A stretch of DNA of 64,000 nt from contig MEED01000018.1 of assembly GCA_001724855.1 (NCBI GenBank), positions 27,703 to 91,702 on the forward strand, written 5' to 3'. The notes beneath the pieces were generated by a model, which did not search any database, was not told the DNA's origin, and saw only the letters and a list, made by a program, of their open reading frames with translations. The stretch is from Lautropia sp. SCN 69-89. GTDB lineage: Bacteria; Pseudomonadota; Gammaproteobacteria; Burkholderiales; Burkholderiaceae_E. Position 1 is the stretch's first letter; each line of letters begins with the position of its first letter. Shown piece by piece: positions 11,248 to 22,070 of this stretch. Position numbers and translations under genes: made by a program.

Positions 11248-13371
11248 ATGCAACCCGAAGTCAGACAGCTTGCGCTGGCCCTTTCCAGTGCAGCCCTGCT
11301 CACGCTTGCCGGATGCGGCGGCGGCGGCAGCAGCAGCAGCGAGCCCGCCCTGCCGGTCGCGCTGACCCTCTCTGGAAAGGCCGCCTCCGGCGCGGCCTTC
11401 ACCAGCGCGGTGATCACCGTCATCGACACCACCGGCGCCACCGTCGGCACCAGCAAGCCGGTCGGCGACGACGGCCGGTACTCGGTCACCCTCGCTGCCG
11501 GCGCACGTGCACCGTTCGTGCTGATCGCCTCGCGCGAAGGCGCACCGGGCGAGACGCAAGCGCTGGTCAGCGTGCTCGACGCCGCCGAGTCGGCCACCGT
11601 CAACATCACGCCGATCACGCACCTGATCGCCTCGCGCCTCGCCGATTCCGGCGACCCGCTGCGGCTCGCCGACGACCTGGCCAACGGACGCGCGCAGATC
11701 AGCGCGGCAAACGTCGCGGCGGCGGTCGCGGACATCCGCCAGATCCTCGCGCCGGTGCTCGCCGCCACCGGCACGAGCGAAACCGATCCGCTGAAGGCGA
11801 GCTTCGAGGTCGACGGCACGGGCTACGATCGCCTGCTCGATTCGATTCGGGTCGAGATCATTCCCGCCGGCGCCGGTTCGTCGAACATCGAGATCGGCAT
11901 CCAGCAAACCGGCGCCGACGACACGGCGCCGCCGCCCGTCATCCAGTTCAGCAGCACGCACGACGTGGCCACAATCACCACCGCCAACGCCATTTCGGCC
12001 GGGTCAGTCGGCGGCACGGCGATCACGTCGGACACGCTGGTCGCACCGGGTACGTCGGCGCTGATCGCCCAGCTGCTGCAGGGCCTGAACGATTGCTACG
12101 CGCTGCCGACCGGCACACGCGTCGACCGGGTCGGCGCGGCCGGCACCGCGGCAAACATCGTTGCCGCGCCATGCCGCGGCGTGTTCACCGGCAACGATCC
12201 CGCCGGATTCCGGAACAACGGCGCCACGGTCGGCGGCGGCCAGAACAAGCCGTTTCGCGGCATGTTCTTCGACAGCGGAACCGGCACCGTGTTCTCGCAA
12301 GGCGCCTACGAGTACGCGCGCCCGAGCGACGGCCGCATCCTGGTCAGCTACCGGGCCCGCAGCGCCGACGGCAACGAAACCTTCGGCACGTTCATGGCGC
12401 GCACGGAGGACGGCACACTCAAGCTCGTCGGCAACGGGTACGACTATCCGGCCGAGGTCGTTCCGTCGCAGCAACTGCGCCAGCAGATCACGCTCGCCCA
12501 GGAGCCGTTCAGCTACTACAGCACCGGCTACAACCTGAGCGTCGCGAACCTGACTCAGTCGTCCGGCGCATCGATCTTCGACCGCGTGGAAGTCACGACG
12601 CCGCGCGGAAAGGTGTTGACGCTGCGGCCGCGGCCGGGCCGCTCTCAACTCGTGCTGCAGTACGACTACCTGCCCAATCCCACAGGTTCGAAGGACGCGG
12701 TCAACGGCCTGAGCAACACGGGCGAACTGCGCCTTCGCAGCGAATACGTCGACGCCTCGACGCCGGCGAATCCGTCGCCGCAGGCGAGGGAGTCCGCACG
12801 CCTGTACTTCGCGAATCCGGCCGGCTTCCCCGACGACGCATCGATCGAATCATTGACTGCGCAGAGCGTCTGGACGTTCCGCTATTACCTGGCCTCGGCC
12901 CCCGACACGCTCGCGGCCACGCAGACGTTCCGGACCCGCACGCGCCCGCTGTCGATCCGCGAACTGCGCTACCAGGGCCTGACGGCGCTCGACGACGCGA
13001 CACTCGCGCGCCTGCGCAACGCCTCGAATCCGGCCGGAACGCCTCCCGAAGGACAGTCGCTGCTGCCCGGCAGCGCACCGCTCGCCCTCGCCTGGACCGT
13101 GCCCGATCGCGCACTGCCGCCGACTTCGGCCACGCTGTTCGGGTTGCTGGCGGGAACGACGACGCCGTTCGACGACGGCGTGCGTTTCGGCTCGAACGAC
13201 CGGTCGGCGCAGATTGCCTGCCCGGCGGGCGACGCCCAATGCCACCCGACGGTGGATGGGGCATGGGCGGCGGGCACGTACATGAACGGACTCTCGTTCA
13301 GCTCGACCGACGCGACCGGACGGTCGTTCTCGATGTACTACTCGATGGCCAGGCTGAATCCGGGGCCGTGA
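11248..13371 (+). CDS. Large lipoprotein of unknown function (707 aa)
   Basis: Signal peptide with lipobox LAG-C then GGGGSSSS linker; A/T/G/S-rich beta-type N-terminal domain (LSGKAASGAA..VIDTTG..DGRYSVTL..APFVL). Confidence 0.85.
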   Translation: MQPEVRQLALALSSAALLTLAGCGGGGSSSSEPALPVALTLSGKAASGAAFTSAVITVIDTTGATVGTSKPVGDDGRYSVTLAAGARAPFVLIASREGAPGETQALVSVLDAAESATVNITPITHLIASRLADSGDPLRLADDLANGRAQISAANVAAAVADIRQILAPVLAATGTSETDPLKASFEVDGTGYDRLLDSIRVEIIPAGAGSSNIEIGIQQTGADDTAPPPVIQFSSTHDVATITTANAISAGSVGGTAITSDTLVAPGTSALIAQLLQGLNDCYALPTGTRVDRVGAAGTAANIVAAPCRGVFTGNDPAGFRNNGATVGGGQNKPFRGMFFDSGTGTVFSQGAYEYARPSDGRILVSYRARSADGNETFGTFMARTEDGTLKLVGNGYDYPAEVVPSQQLRQQITLAQEPFSYYSTGYNLSVANLTQSSGASIFDRVEVTTPRGKVLTLRPRPGRSQLVLQYDYLPNPTGSKDAVNGLSNTGELRLRSEYVDASTPANPSPQARESARLYFANPAGFPDDASIESLTAQSVWTFRYYLASAPDTLAATQTFRTRTRPLSIRELRYQGLTALDDATLARLRNASNPAGTPPEGQSLLPGSAPLALAWTVPDRALPPTSATLFGLLAGTTTPFDDGVRFGSNDRSAQIACPAGDAQCHPTVDGAWAAGTYMNGLSFSSTDATGRSFSMYYSMARLNPGP

Positions 13372-13444
13372 GCGCACTCCGGGGAGGCAGACCCGGGGGC
13401 GGCGGAGCCCGGCCGGCCGCAGCGGTGGCCGCGGCGTCCGCCGC

Positions 13445-13471
13445 GAGCCCCGCCCCGGAAAGGGCGGGCTC
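13445..13471. terminator. Hairpin between the convergent lipoprotein gene and hslU
   Basis: gagccc(c)gccc / gggcgggctc stem. Confidence 0.45.
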
Positions 13472-13479
13472 GGCCAACG

Positions 13480-14814
13480 CTACAGGATGTAGCGCGCCAG
13501 GTCTTCGCTCTTCGCGAGGTTCGCCAGGCGGCCGTCGACGAACGCCGCGTCGATCGTCACCGTTTCGCCGCTGCGTCGCGCAGCGCCGAACGACACGTCT
13601 TCGAGCAGCTTCTCCATCACGGTGGACAGGCGGCGCGCGCCGATGTTCTCGGTCTTCTCGTTCACCGACGACGCGATCTCGGCGAGCCGGCGCACGCCGT
13701 CCGGCGTGAAGACGAGCCGCACGCCCTCGGTGGCGAGCAGCGCCTCGTATTGCCGCGTGAGGCTGGCGTCGGTCTCGACGAGGATGCGCACGAAGTCGTC
13801 GGCCGACAACGAGCCGAGTTCGACGCGGATCGGCAGGCGCCCCTGAAGCTCGGGAATGAGGTCCGAAGGGCGCGACAGGTGGAACGCGCCCGACGCGATG
13901 AACAGGATGTGGTCGGTGCGCACCACGCCGTAGCGGGTATTGACCGCGGTGCCCTCGATCAGCGGCAGCAGGTCGCGCTGCACGCCCTGGCGCGAGACGT
14001 CGGCGCCGTGCGTGTCGCCGCGCGAAGCCACCTTGTCGATCTCGTCGATGAAGACGATGCCGTTCTGTTCGACCGCGCCGAGCGCCTTCGCCTTGATCTC
14101 GTCGTCGTTCACCAGCTTGGCGGCTTCCTCGTCGGCGAGCATCTTCATCGCGTCGCGGATGCGCAGCTTGCGCGGCTTGCGCCGCCCCGGCAGGTTCGCG
14201 AACAGCGACTGCAGCTGCTGGGTCATCTCTTCCATGCCGGCCGGCCCCGTCAATTCCATCGCCGGCATCGACATCGACAACTCGATCTCGATCTCCTTGT
14301 CGTCGAGCTCGCCCTCGCGCAGCTTCTTGCGGAACTTCTGGCGCGTGGCCGAGTCGGCCGACTCGCCGACCTCGGACGAGCCGAAGCCGATGTTGCGCGG
14401 CGGCGGCAGCAGCGCGTCGAGGACGCGGTCTTCGGCGGCGTCGAGCGCACGCTGCTGCACGCGCTTCGTTTCCTGTTCGCGCACCTGCTTGACGGCCATT
14501 TCGGCCAGGTCGCGGATGATGGTGTCGACGTCGCGGCCGACGTAGCCCACCTCGGTGAACTTGGTCGCCTCTACCTTGATGAACGGGGCGTTCGCAAGCC
14601 GGGCCAGGCGCCGGGCGATTTCGGTCTTGCCCACGCCGGTGGGGCCGATCATCAGGATGTTCTTCGGCGTGATCTCGTGACGCAGCGGCTCGTCGACCTG
14701 CTGCCGGCGCCAGCGGTTGCGCAACGCGATCGCCACGGCACGCTTGGCCGCTTCCTGTCCGACGATGTGCTTGTCGAGCTCGGAAACGATCTCTTCGGGG
14801 GTCATCGGGGTCAT
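13480..14814 (-). CDS. hslU: ATP-dependent protease ATPase subunit HslU
   Basis: [42 protein letters not shown]. Confidence 0.98.
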   Translation of the reverse strand: MTPMTPEEIVSELDKHIVGQEAAKRAVAIALRNRWRRQQVDEPLRHEITPKNILMIGPTGVGKTEIARRLARLANAPFIKVEATKFTEVGYVGRDVDTIIRDLAEMAVKQVREQETKRVQQRALDAAEDRVLDALLPPPRNIGFGSSEVGESADSATRQKFRKKLREGELDDKEIEIELSMSMPAMELTGPAGMEEMTQQLQSLFANLPGRRKPRKLRIRDAMKMLADEEAAKLVNDDEIKAKALGAVEQNGIVFIDEIDKVASRGDTHGADVSRQGVQRDLLPLIEGTAVNTRYGVVRTDHILFIASGAFHLSRPSDLIPELQGRLPIRVELGSLSADDFVRILVETDASLTRQYEALLATEGVRLVFTPDGVRRLAEIASSVNEKTENIGARRLSTVMEKLLEDVSFGAARRSGETVTIDAAFVDGRLANLAKSEDLARYIL

Positions 14815-14840
14815 GGCTGCTTCGCGCGGGCGCCGGGCCG

Positions 14841-15377
14841 TCAGCCCAGCGTCTCGATCGTCTGGTGCTGGTTGGTGTAGATGCAGATCTCGCCGGCGAT
14901 CGCCAGCGACTTGCGCACGATGGTTTCCGCGTCGAGCGTGGTCTCTTCGAGCAGCGCGCGGGCGGCCGCCTGCGCGTAGGGGCCGCCGCTGCCGATCGCG
15001 ATCAGGCCGTGCTCGGGCTCGAGCACGTCGCCGTTGCCGGTGATGACCAGCGAGGCTTCGCGGTCGGCCACCGCCAGCATCGCCTCGAGGCGGCGCAGCA
15101 TCCGGTCGGTGCGCCAGTCTTTCGCGAGCTCGACGGCGGCGCGCACCAGGTGCCCCGAGTGCTTGTCGAGCTTGGCCTCGAAGCGCTCGAACAGCGTGAA
15201 GGCATCGGCGGTGCCGCCGGCGAAGCCGGCCAGTACCTGGTCGTTGTACAGGCGCCGCACCTTGCGCGCGCCCGCCTTGATGACGACGTTGCCCAGCGTG
15301 ACCTGGCCGTCGCCGCCCAGCGCGACCGCGCTGCCGCGTCGCACCGAGACAATGGTGGTGCCGTGGAACTGTTCCAT
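14841..15377 (-). CDS. hslV: ATP-dependent protease peptidase subunit HslV
   Basis: [12 protein letters not shown] (catalytic N-terminal Thr), [14 protein letters not shown]. Confidence 0.98.
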   Translation of the reverse strand: MEQFHGTTIVSVRRGSAVALGGDGQVTLGNVVIKAGARKVRRLYNDQVLAGFAGGTADAFTLFERFEAKLDKHSGHLVRAAVELAKDWRTDRMLRRLEAMLAVADREASLVITGNGDVLEPEHGLIAIGSGGPYAQAAARALLEETTLDAETIVRKSLAIAGEICIYTNQHQTIETLG

Positions 15378-15497
15378 GGTTTCGACTATGGGGGCGGTCG
15401 GCGCCGGGACAAGTCCCCGGGGCAGACCAGGCCTGCCGGAACGGGCTTGCGGCCGGCGCGCCAACCGGGACCGGCGGGCCGGGTCTGTGAACGGAAC

Positions 15498-16865
15498 CTA
15501 GATCTTACGCCGGCGGATTTCGGCGAGTTCCTGGATGCCCATGACGAGCATCAGCGCGTAGACGAGGTAGTTGGGCTCGACGAACTGCACCTGCTTGCCG
15601 GCCGCACGCAAGGCGACCAACTCGTTGAGCAGGTCACCGGCTGCGACGAATTCCATCCGTCGCAGTCCGCGGCAATCGACCGTCACCGTGCCGTGCCTGG
15701 CCGCGTAGGCACGCAGGGCCGGCAATTCCTCCTGCATGCGCCCGAGCACGTCGCCGTGCAGCAGGAACACGTCGGCCTCGCAGGGCGACTGCGGCGACGT
15801 CTCGACAGCCTGCGGCGTGGATTCGCCGGTGCGGATCGCGCCACCGATCGGCTCCCACGACGGCGGGGAGACCTCGTAGGTGACGCAGTATTCGATGCTC
15901 AGGTCTTCGAAGGCCTGCTGGCGGCCGAGCACGCGCAGCGCCTGCAGCGCGAGCATCCATCCCGCCTCTGAGGGGTCGCGCCGCCCCGGCTCGATCACGT
16001 TACGCGCGGCCACGAACAGCGCCTCGGCGCCCCGCACGACCAGGGCGCCCGGAGCCTTTCCGAACTGCGCGAGCAGCCGCAGCAGTGCTTCGGCTGCCGC
16101 GATGTCGAGCGCCTCGACCTTGCCGAAATCGACGACCGTCTCGCGACGCCGCGCCGATGCGGCGATGATCGAGTCGACCTGCGCGCCGACCGATCCGTCC
16201 AGGCCCGCAGCGAACTCGACCGCGGCGCCGCCATTGGCCGCGCCGCGACGCGCGGCACTGGCCGGCGCCTCCAGCCGCTCGCTCCAGCCGGGCGGCGACG
16301 ACTCGAACCGCGCCGCGTATTCGAGCGCCAGCGCCTCGAACGAGGCGCGGTCGCCCAGCGCCTGGTGCAGGTCGAGCAGCATCAGCCAGGCGAGCGACTG
16401 CCAGGTGCCGAGCCCCGGATCGGCCAGCGCCTGGCGCAACGCGAGCGCCGCGGGCTGCGGCTGGCCGTTCGAAAAGAGGATGGCCGCCTCTTCGAGCACG
16501 CTGGGCAGCGCCGAGCGGTTCACGTCGATCGCCATCGCGTCGGCCTGGTCGCCGAGCATCGCGGTGACAGGATCCGACCCCGCGGCCTGCTGCGCCGGCT
16601 TTGCGACCGTGGGCGCCTCGGCGCGCGCGGCGGTTGCCGGCCCCATTGGCGGGCGCTCGGCGCTGGCGCGCGCGACCACCGCCGCGGCGATCATTTCGGA
16701 CTCGATCTGGTTGATCTTCTCTTCGGTGCGCCGCGCCGCTTCGCGCTGGGCGGCCAGCGTGTCGGGCCCGGGACCGGGCCGGGAATCGGCGGTGCGCGCA
16801 AGCAGCGCTTCGCGCGCCCGGCGCGGATCGTGCCTTTCCTTGCGGTTGAACAGCGAAAAGACCAC
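15498..16865 (-). CDS. STAS-domain-containing protein
   Basis: Two STAS-like segments ([15 protein letters not shown]; [15 protein letters not shown]); usual position upstream of hslV; GTG start inferred. Confidence 0.75.
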   Translation of the reverse strand: MVFSLFNRKERHDPRRAREALLARTADSRPGPGPDTLAAQREAARRTEEKINQIESEMIAAAVVARASAERPPMGPATAARAEAPTVAKPAQQAAGSDPVTAMLGDQADAMAIDVNRSALPSVLEEAAILFSNGQPQPAALALRQALADPGLGTWQSLAWLMLLDLHQALGDRASFEALALEYAARFESSPPGWSERLEAPASAARRGAANGGAAVEFAAGLDGSVGAQVDSIIAASARRRETVVDFGKVEALDIAAAEALLRLLAQFGKAPGALVVRGAEALFVAARNVIEPGRRDPSEAGWMLALQALRVLGRQQAFEDLSIEYCVTYEVSPPSWEPIGGAIRTGESTPQAVETSPQSPCEADVFLLHGDVLGRMQEELPALRAYAARHGTVTVDCRGLRRMEFVAAGDLLNELVALRAAGKQVQFVEPNYLVYALMLVMGIQELAEIRRRKI

Positions 16866-17015
16866 CTGGACCTTTCGATTCGACGCTGATAGCGGGCCGC
16901 CGCACGAGGTGCGACGACCGTTCGGGGGGTGCCGGGCCAGTCTAGCACGCACCCCCTGGCGTCGATCGGGCGGCGGCCGACCGCGAGTCGGCCCTCAGCC
17001 GCCTGTCATCGGCGG

Positions 17016-17444
17016 TCAGTCTCCGTAGAGCTTCTGCCGCAGTTCGCGGCGCTGCTGCGCCTCGAGCGAAAGCGTGGCGGTGGGTCGCGCCAGCAGGCGC
17101 GGAATGCCGATCGGCTCGCCGGTTTCCTCGCAGTAGCCGTATTCGCCGCTTTCGATGCGCGCGAGCGATTGCTGGACCTTCTTCAGCAGCTTGCGCTCGC
17201 GGTCACGGGTGCGCAGCTCGAGCGCGTGCTCTTCCTCGATCGTCGCGCGATCGGCAGGATCGGGCACGATCACCGTTTCGCGCAGGTGCTCGGTGGTCTC
17301 GTCGGCATTGGCCAGCAGGTCTTTTTCCATCTGCTGCAGGCGCACACGGAAGAACGCGAGCTGCGCGTCGTTCATGTAGTCCGAGTCGGGCATCTGGAGC
17401 AGTTCCGCCTCGGTCAGGGGTTTCTTGTCCTTCGTTGCTGCCAT
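17016..17444 (-). CDS. dksA: RNA polymerase-binding protein DksA (single-Cys, zinc-independent type)
   Basis: Coiled-coil tip DPAD, ELRTRDRERKL, YGYCEETGEPIG..RPTATLSLEAQ. Confidence 0.95.
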   Translation of the reverse strand: MAATKDKKPLTEAELLQMPDSDYMNDAQLAFFRVRLQQMEKDLLANADETTEHLRETVIVPDPADRATIEEEHALELRTRDRERKLLKKVQQSLARIESGEYGYCEETGEPIGIPRLLARPTATLSLEAQQRRELRQKLYGD

Positions 17445-17528
17445 GGCCTCAATACCTGTGCGCTCGCCGGGCGCTGCCTTCGGGAAATGCCTGGGTGGAA
17501 CGGACCGCGTCGCGCCGCCAGCGGCGGA

Positions 17529-18506
17529 TCATGCCAGACACTGCTCCAGGCCCTTGATGAAGGTGTCCTTCGGAAGGTTCCTTCCGATGAAGACCATCCT
17601 GCTCGACCGCCTTTCGGCGGGCTTCCAGCGTCGGCCGGCGTCGGCGCCCATCATCATGTGGACGCCCTGGAACACCGTCTGCCGGTCGGACCCCTTCATG
17701 TAAAGCACGCCTTTATACCTCAACATGTCGGGGCCGTAAACCTGAATCAGGCCGGAAAGGAAATCCTCGAGTTTCAGCGGGTCGAACGGCTTGTCGGAGC
17801 GGAACACGAAGGACTGCACCGCGTCGTCGTGCTCGTGCTCGTCGCTTTCGAGGAAGGTCGGGTCGATCTCGAGCACCGCATTCAGGTTGAAGCCGCGGAT
17901 GTCCAGGATCTCGGCAATCGGCGCGTCGCCGAAGTGCACCGGACGCACCGGCGCGCGCGGGTTCATCCGGCGCAGGCGCGCCTGCAGGCGCTCGCGCGTC
18001 GGCTCGTCGACCAGGTCGACCTTCGACATCAGGATGCGGTCGGCGAAGCCGACCTGTTCCTGCGCTTCCTTGTGCTCGTCGAGCTGGCGTTCGCCGTGGC
18101 GCGCGTCGACGACGGTGATCACTGCGTCGAGCAGGTAGTAGTCGGCGATGTCGTCGTCGATGAAGAAGGTCTGTGCCACCGGCCCCGGATCGGCCATTCC
18201 GGTGGTCTCGATCATCACCCGCTCGAAGCCGATCTCGCCGCGATCGCGGCGCTCGCGCAGCTCGCCCAGGATGCGCACCAGGTCGCCGCGCACGGTGCAG
18301 CAGATGCAGCCGTTGTTCATTTCGACGATCTGCTCGTCGCGCTCCTGCAGCAGCAGGTCGTTGTCGACGCCCTCCTCGCCGAACTCGTTCTCGATCACCG
18401 CGATGCGGTGGCCGTGCTGTTCCTCGAGGATACGGTTGAGCAGCGTGGTCTTGCCGCTGCCCAGGAAGCCGGTGAGGATGGTCACCGGAACGTGCGTGTC
18501 GGCCAT
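17529..18506 (-). CDS. COG0523/CobW-family GTPase (metallochaperone)
   Basis: GFLGSGKTT, ENEFG, GCICC, ETTGMADP, LRYKG; short HEH tract. Confidence 0.93.
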   Translation of the reverse strand: MADTHVPVTILTGFLGSGKTTLLNRILEEQHGHRIAVIENEFGEEGVDNDLLLQERDEQIVEMNNGCICCTVRGDLVRILGELRERRDRGEIGFERVMIETTGMADPGPVAQTFFIDDDIADYYLLDAVITVVDARHGERQLDEHKEAQEQVGFADRILMSKVDLVDEPTRERLQARLRRMNPRAPVRPVHFGDAPIAEILDIRGFNLNAVLEIDPTFLESDEHEHDDAVQSFVFRSDKPFDPLKLEDFLSGLIQVYGPDMLRYKGVLYMKGSDRQTVFQGVHMMMGADAGRRWKPAERRSSRMVFIGRNLPKDTFIKGLEQCLA

Positions 18507-18579
18507 GTCGATCCCTCTCTGGACCGCGCATTCTACGGGCGCTGCGCCCGTCGTGCCCGGAACGGGGGTATGCCCGCCG

Positions 18580-19596
18580 TCAGGATCCGCCGCGCCGCCT
18601 GGCGCGCGGGTGCGCGGCATCGTAGACCGCGGCCAGCCGCTGGAAATCGAGCGAGGTGTACACCTGGGTCGTCGCGATGCTCGCGTGCCCGAGCAGTTCC
18701 TGCACCGCGCGCAGGTCGCCGCTCGACTGCAGCAGGTGGCTGGCGAACGAATGCCGCAGCACGTGCGGATGCACGTCGGCCGGCACGCCCCGGACGATCG
18801 CGAGCCGCTTCAGCCGTGCCTGCACCGTGCGGTTCGCGAGCCGGCGCCCCCGGCCGCTCAGGAACAGCGCCCGCTCGTCGCAGCCCGGGCGCAGCGCGCA
18901 CCAGGCGGCACGCTCGCCGAGCCAGCGCCGCAGCGCCTCGCGCGCCGCGCCTCCGATCGGCACGGTGCGGCTGCGCCCGCCCTTGCCGCGCACCGTCAGC
19001 TCGGCCTCGTCGAGGTCGATCCAGCCGGTGGAGGCGGCAGGCGGGCCATCGAAGTGGCGCAGGTCGAGCGACGTGAGCTCGGACAGCCGCAGGCCCGACG
19101 AATAGAAGAGCTCGAGCATCGCCTGGTCACGCGCGGCCTCGAAGCCGTCGCCCGGCTCGGCACCGGCGAAGCGCACGGCGACGTCGGGCGCCAGCGCCTT
19201 GGGCAGGCGGCGCGCCGCGCGCGGCGCGCGCACGCCGCGCGCCGGGTTCGCGACCGCCTCGCCCTGGCTGGCGAGCCAGTCGAAGAAGCCGCGCCAGGCC
19301 GACAGACGGCGGGCGATCGAGCGCGCCGACAGCCCGGCGCGGGCATTCGCGGCCACCCAGCGGCGCACGTGGTGCTCGTTCACCGATGACCAGTCGGGTT
19401 CGGCCGGCGCCGGCGGCGCGCCCGACTCGGCGGCGCGCGACCCCGTGGCCGCCGGCAGCACCGCGGCGGCCGCCTCCCTCAGCGCCAGGTCGGCCAGCGC
19501 GCGCAGGTCGAGTCGGTAGCTGGCCAGCGTTCGCGGCGAGCAGCCGCGCTCGCTGCGCAGCCGCTCGAGGTAGCGCGCAATCGCGTCGCCGGCCAA
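18580..19596 (-). CDS. xerC: Tyrosine recombinase XerC
   Basis: RDQAMLELFYSSGLRLSEL, VRGKG, HPHVLRHSFASH, LGHASIATTQVY; dapF-DUF484-xerC order; TTG start inferred. Confidence 0.92.
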   Translation of the reverse strand: MAGDAIARYLERLRSERGCSPRTLASYRLDLRALADLALREAAAAVLPAATGSRAAESGAPPAPAEPDWSSVNEHHVRRWVAANARAGLSARSIARRLSAWRGFFDWLASQGEAVANPARGVRAPRAARRLPKALAPDVAVRFAGAEPGDGFEAARDQAMLELFYSSGLRLSELTSLDLRHFDGPPAASTGWIDLDEAELTVRGKGGRSRTVPIGGAAREALRRWLGERAAWCALRPGCDERALFLSGRGRRLANRTVQARLKRLAIVRGVPADVHPHVLRHSFASHLLQSSGDLRAVQELLGHASIATTQVYTSLDFQRLAAVYDAAHPRARRRGGS

Positions 19597-19603
19597 CGCA
19601 GGC

Positions 19604-20278
19604 TCATTCAGCCAGTCGCGACAGCGCCGCGCTGGCGGTTTCGGCGATCCGCTCGAGGAAAGCGGTGCCCATGCCGGAACGGAAGCGATCGGGATCGGCC
19701 GAGCCGAGCACGACCAGGCCGAAGGCGTTCGGGTCGACGCCCTTGCGCAGCGGCAGCAGCGCGATCGAGCGCGTGTCGGCACCCCCGTCGGGGAGCCAGG
19801 AAGCCGCCTGGAAATCGGAGTTCGGGCCGCAGAACGGCTGCATCATGCTGTTGGCCAGCGTGATCACGTCCACCGGCACCGGTTGCGCGCAATCGAGTTC
19901 GTGGTACGCGTCGCGCAGCGCCCACAGCCGCATCGCAACCTGCGGTACCGAGAACACGGTGCGCAGGCCGTCGACCACGATGCCGGGCAGTTGCGCCGGG
20001 TCGGCCGCCAGCAGCAGCTGGCGGGTCCAGCGTTGCAGCTTTTCGCCGATCGCGTCGTTTTCCTGGCCGATGCGCAGCAGCTCGGCCAGCCTCATCTCGT
20101 GCGCGCGAAGCTTCTCGCGCAGCACCTCGAGCTGGCGCTCGTGCAGCGAGATCGCCCGCCCGCCGTGCGGGTGCGGCACGGTGATCGCCGCGAGCAGCTC
20201 GGCGTGCGTTTCGAAGAAACCGGGGTTGTTGCGCAGGTAGCGCGCCACCTCGTCGGCGCCGATGGTGCTGTCGGTCAT
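19604..20278 (-). CDS. DUF484 (YigA-like) family protein
   Basis: [36 protein letters not shown]; between dapF and xerC. Confidence 0.9.
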   Translation of the reverse strand: MTDSTIGADEVARYLRNNPGFFETHAELLAAITVPHPHGGRAISLHERQLEVLREKLRAHEMRLAELLRIGQENDAIGEKLQRWTRQLLLAADPAQLPGIVVDGLRTVFSVPQVAMRLWALRDAYHELDCAQPVPVDVITLANSMMQPFCGPNSDFQAASWLPDGGADTRSIALLPLRKGVDPNAFGLVVLGSADPDRFRSGMGTAFLERIAETASAALSRLAE

Positions 20279-21171
20279 GCGTGATCCGTGAAGGAAAGAG
20301 CCTGTATCGCCGGCGACGCATCGGCCGGCACGTCGATCTGGCCGTCGAAGACGGTTTCGGCCGGCCCGGTCATCTGCACGGCGGCGCCGTCCCAGGCGAC
20401 CGTGAGAATTCCGCCGCGCGTCTGCACCTGCACCGGCGAGCGCAGCAGCCCGCGGCGGATGCCGGCGACCGCCGCCGCGCAGGCGCCGGTCCCGCAGGCG
20501 AGCGTCTCGCCGACGCCGCGCTCCCAGACGCGCAGCCGGATCCGCGACGGCGCGAGCACCTGTAGGTAGCCGGCGTTCACGCGGCGCGGAAAACGCGCCG
20601 CGCCCTCGATGAGCGGGCCCTCGCTGCGCACCGGCGCGCGCTCGACGTCGTCGACCACCTGCACCGCGTGCGGGTTGCCCATCGAGACCAGCGACACCCA
20701 GCGCCGCTCGCCGCCGACCTCGAGCGGCCAGAGCAGGTCGTCGCCGAGGCGCCGCGGCTCGAGTGCGCTGGCGTCGAACGGAATCGCCCCGGGGTCGAAT
20801 GCCGGCGCACCCATGTCGACCGTGACGCGCCCGTCGTCCTCGAGACGCGGCTCGATCACGCCGCCCATCGTCTCGACGCGGATCGCGCGCTTGTCGGTGA
20901 GCCCCTGGTCGCGCACGAAGCGAACGAAGCAACGCGCGCCATTGCCGCACTGCTCGACCTCGCCGCCGTCGGCGTTGAAGATCCGGTAGCGGAAATCGAC
21001 GCCGGCGGCGTCGGCGGGCTCGACCAGCAGCAGCTGGTCCGCGCCGATGCCGAAGTGCCGGTCGGCCAGGAAGCGCCATTGCGCCGGCGACAGGCGCACC
21101 GACTGGCGCACGCCGTCGATCACGACGAAGTCGTTGCCGGCGCCGTGCATCTTCGTGAAGCGCAATTTCAT
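20275..21171 (-). CDS. dapF: Diaminopimelate epimerase
   Basis: [39 protein letters not shown]. Confidence 0.98.
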   Translation of the reverse strand: MKLRFTKMHGAGNDFVVIDGVRQSVRLSPAQWRFLADRHFGIGADQLLLVEPADAAGVDFRYRIFNADGGEVEQCGNGARCFVRFVRDQGLTDKRAIRVETMGGVIEPRLEDDGRVTVDMGAPAFDPGAIPFDASALEPRRLGDDLLWPLEVGGERRWVSLVSMGNPHAVQVVDDVERAPVRSEGPLIEGAARFPRRVNAGYLQVLAPSRIRLRVWERGVGETLACGTGACAAAVAGIRRGLLRSPVQVQTRGGILTVAWDGAAVQMTGPAETVFDGQIDVPADASPAIQALSFTDHA

Positions 21172-21182
21172 CGGGGCGATTA

Positions 21183-22070
21183 TCACCGATACGGCTTCGC
21201 CTCGCCGGGCGGACGCGTCTTGAAGCGCTTGTGGCTCCACAGGTATTGCGCCGGCATCTCGAGCACGCGCTCCTCGATGAACGCGTTCATCCGCCGCGTC
21301 GCCGCTTCCAGGTCGTCGCCGGGAAAGTCTTCCCAGGCGGGATAGAAGCGCGCGACGTAACCGTCGTCAGCCATCGTGGTGACCAGCGGCACGACCGTCG
21401 CGCCGGTGATGCGCGCGAGCCGCGCCACCGAAGTGACCGTCGCGGCGGGCACGCCGAAGAAGGGCACGAACACCGCGTCGCGCGCGCCCAGGTCCATGTC
21501 GGGCAGGAAATAGAACGGCATGCCTTCGCGCAACGCCTTCACCGCGGGGCGCAGGCCCTCGGTGCGCAGCAGCATGCGCCCGTCGTTGAAACGCATGCGC
21601 CCGCGCGTCATCGCCTCGGTGAGCGCGCGGCTCTTCTGCGCCGCGTACATCGACGCGCAGCGCGCCTCCAGCGACAGGCGCATGCCGCCCGCGTCGATGC
21701 CGACGAAGTGCGGTGCAAGCAGGATCAGCGGTCGACCGAGGTGCTGCTCGAAATGCTCGACGCCCTCGAGTCGGCACAGCCGGCGGATTCGCTGCGGCGA
21801 CCCGTGCCAGAAGACGAAGCGCTCGAAGAAGCTGCGCATGAAATAGCGGAAATGCCCGCGCGCCACGGCGCGGCGCTGCGCTTCGCTCCATTGCGGAAAG
21901 CACAGCCGCAGGTTGGTGCGCGCCACGCGCCGCCGCGGCACCGCGAGCAGCCAGGCGAGCGCGCCGGCCAGCTCGCCGATCCGGCGCACCACCGGGTAGG
22001 GCAGCAGCGCGATGCCACGCAACAGCAGCAGCGCGAACCTGACGAACGGCTCCGACACCCGGATCCTCAA
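21183..22070 (-). CDS. Lipid A biosynthesis acyltransferase (LpxL/HtrB family)
   Basis: [30 protein letters not shown]; TTG start overlapping upstream stop inferred. Confidence 0.9.
   Translation of the reverse strand: MRIRVSEPFVRFALLLLRGIALLPYPVVRRIGELAGALAWLLAVPRRRVARTNLRLCFPQWSEAQRRAVARGHFRYFMRSFFERFVFWHGSPQRIRRLCRLEGVEHFEQHLGRPLILLAPHFVGIDAGGMRLSLEARCASMYAAQKSRALTEAMTRGRMRFNDGRMLLRTEGLRPAVKALREGMPFYFLPDMDLGARDAVFVPFFGVPAATVTSVARLARITGATVVPLVTTMADDGYVARFYPAWEDFPGDDLEAATRRMNAFIEERVLEMPAQYLWSHKRFKTRPPGEAKPYR

Noticed and set aside
18580-19596. xerC as an integrase marking a mobile element; Ala/Pro-rich insertion in its N-terminal domain
   Set aside because: Sits in the conserved dapF-DUF484-xerC housekeeping order; no att or dif site recognised; the insertion is low-complexity
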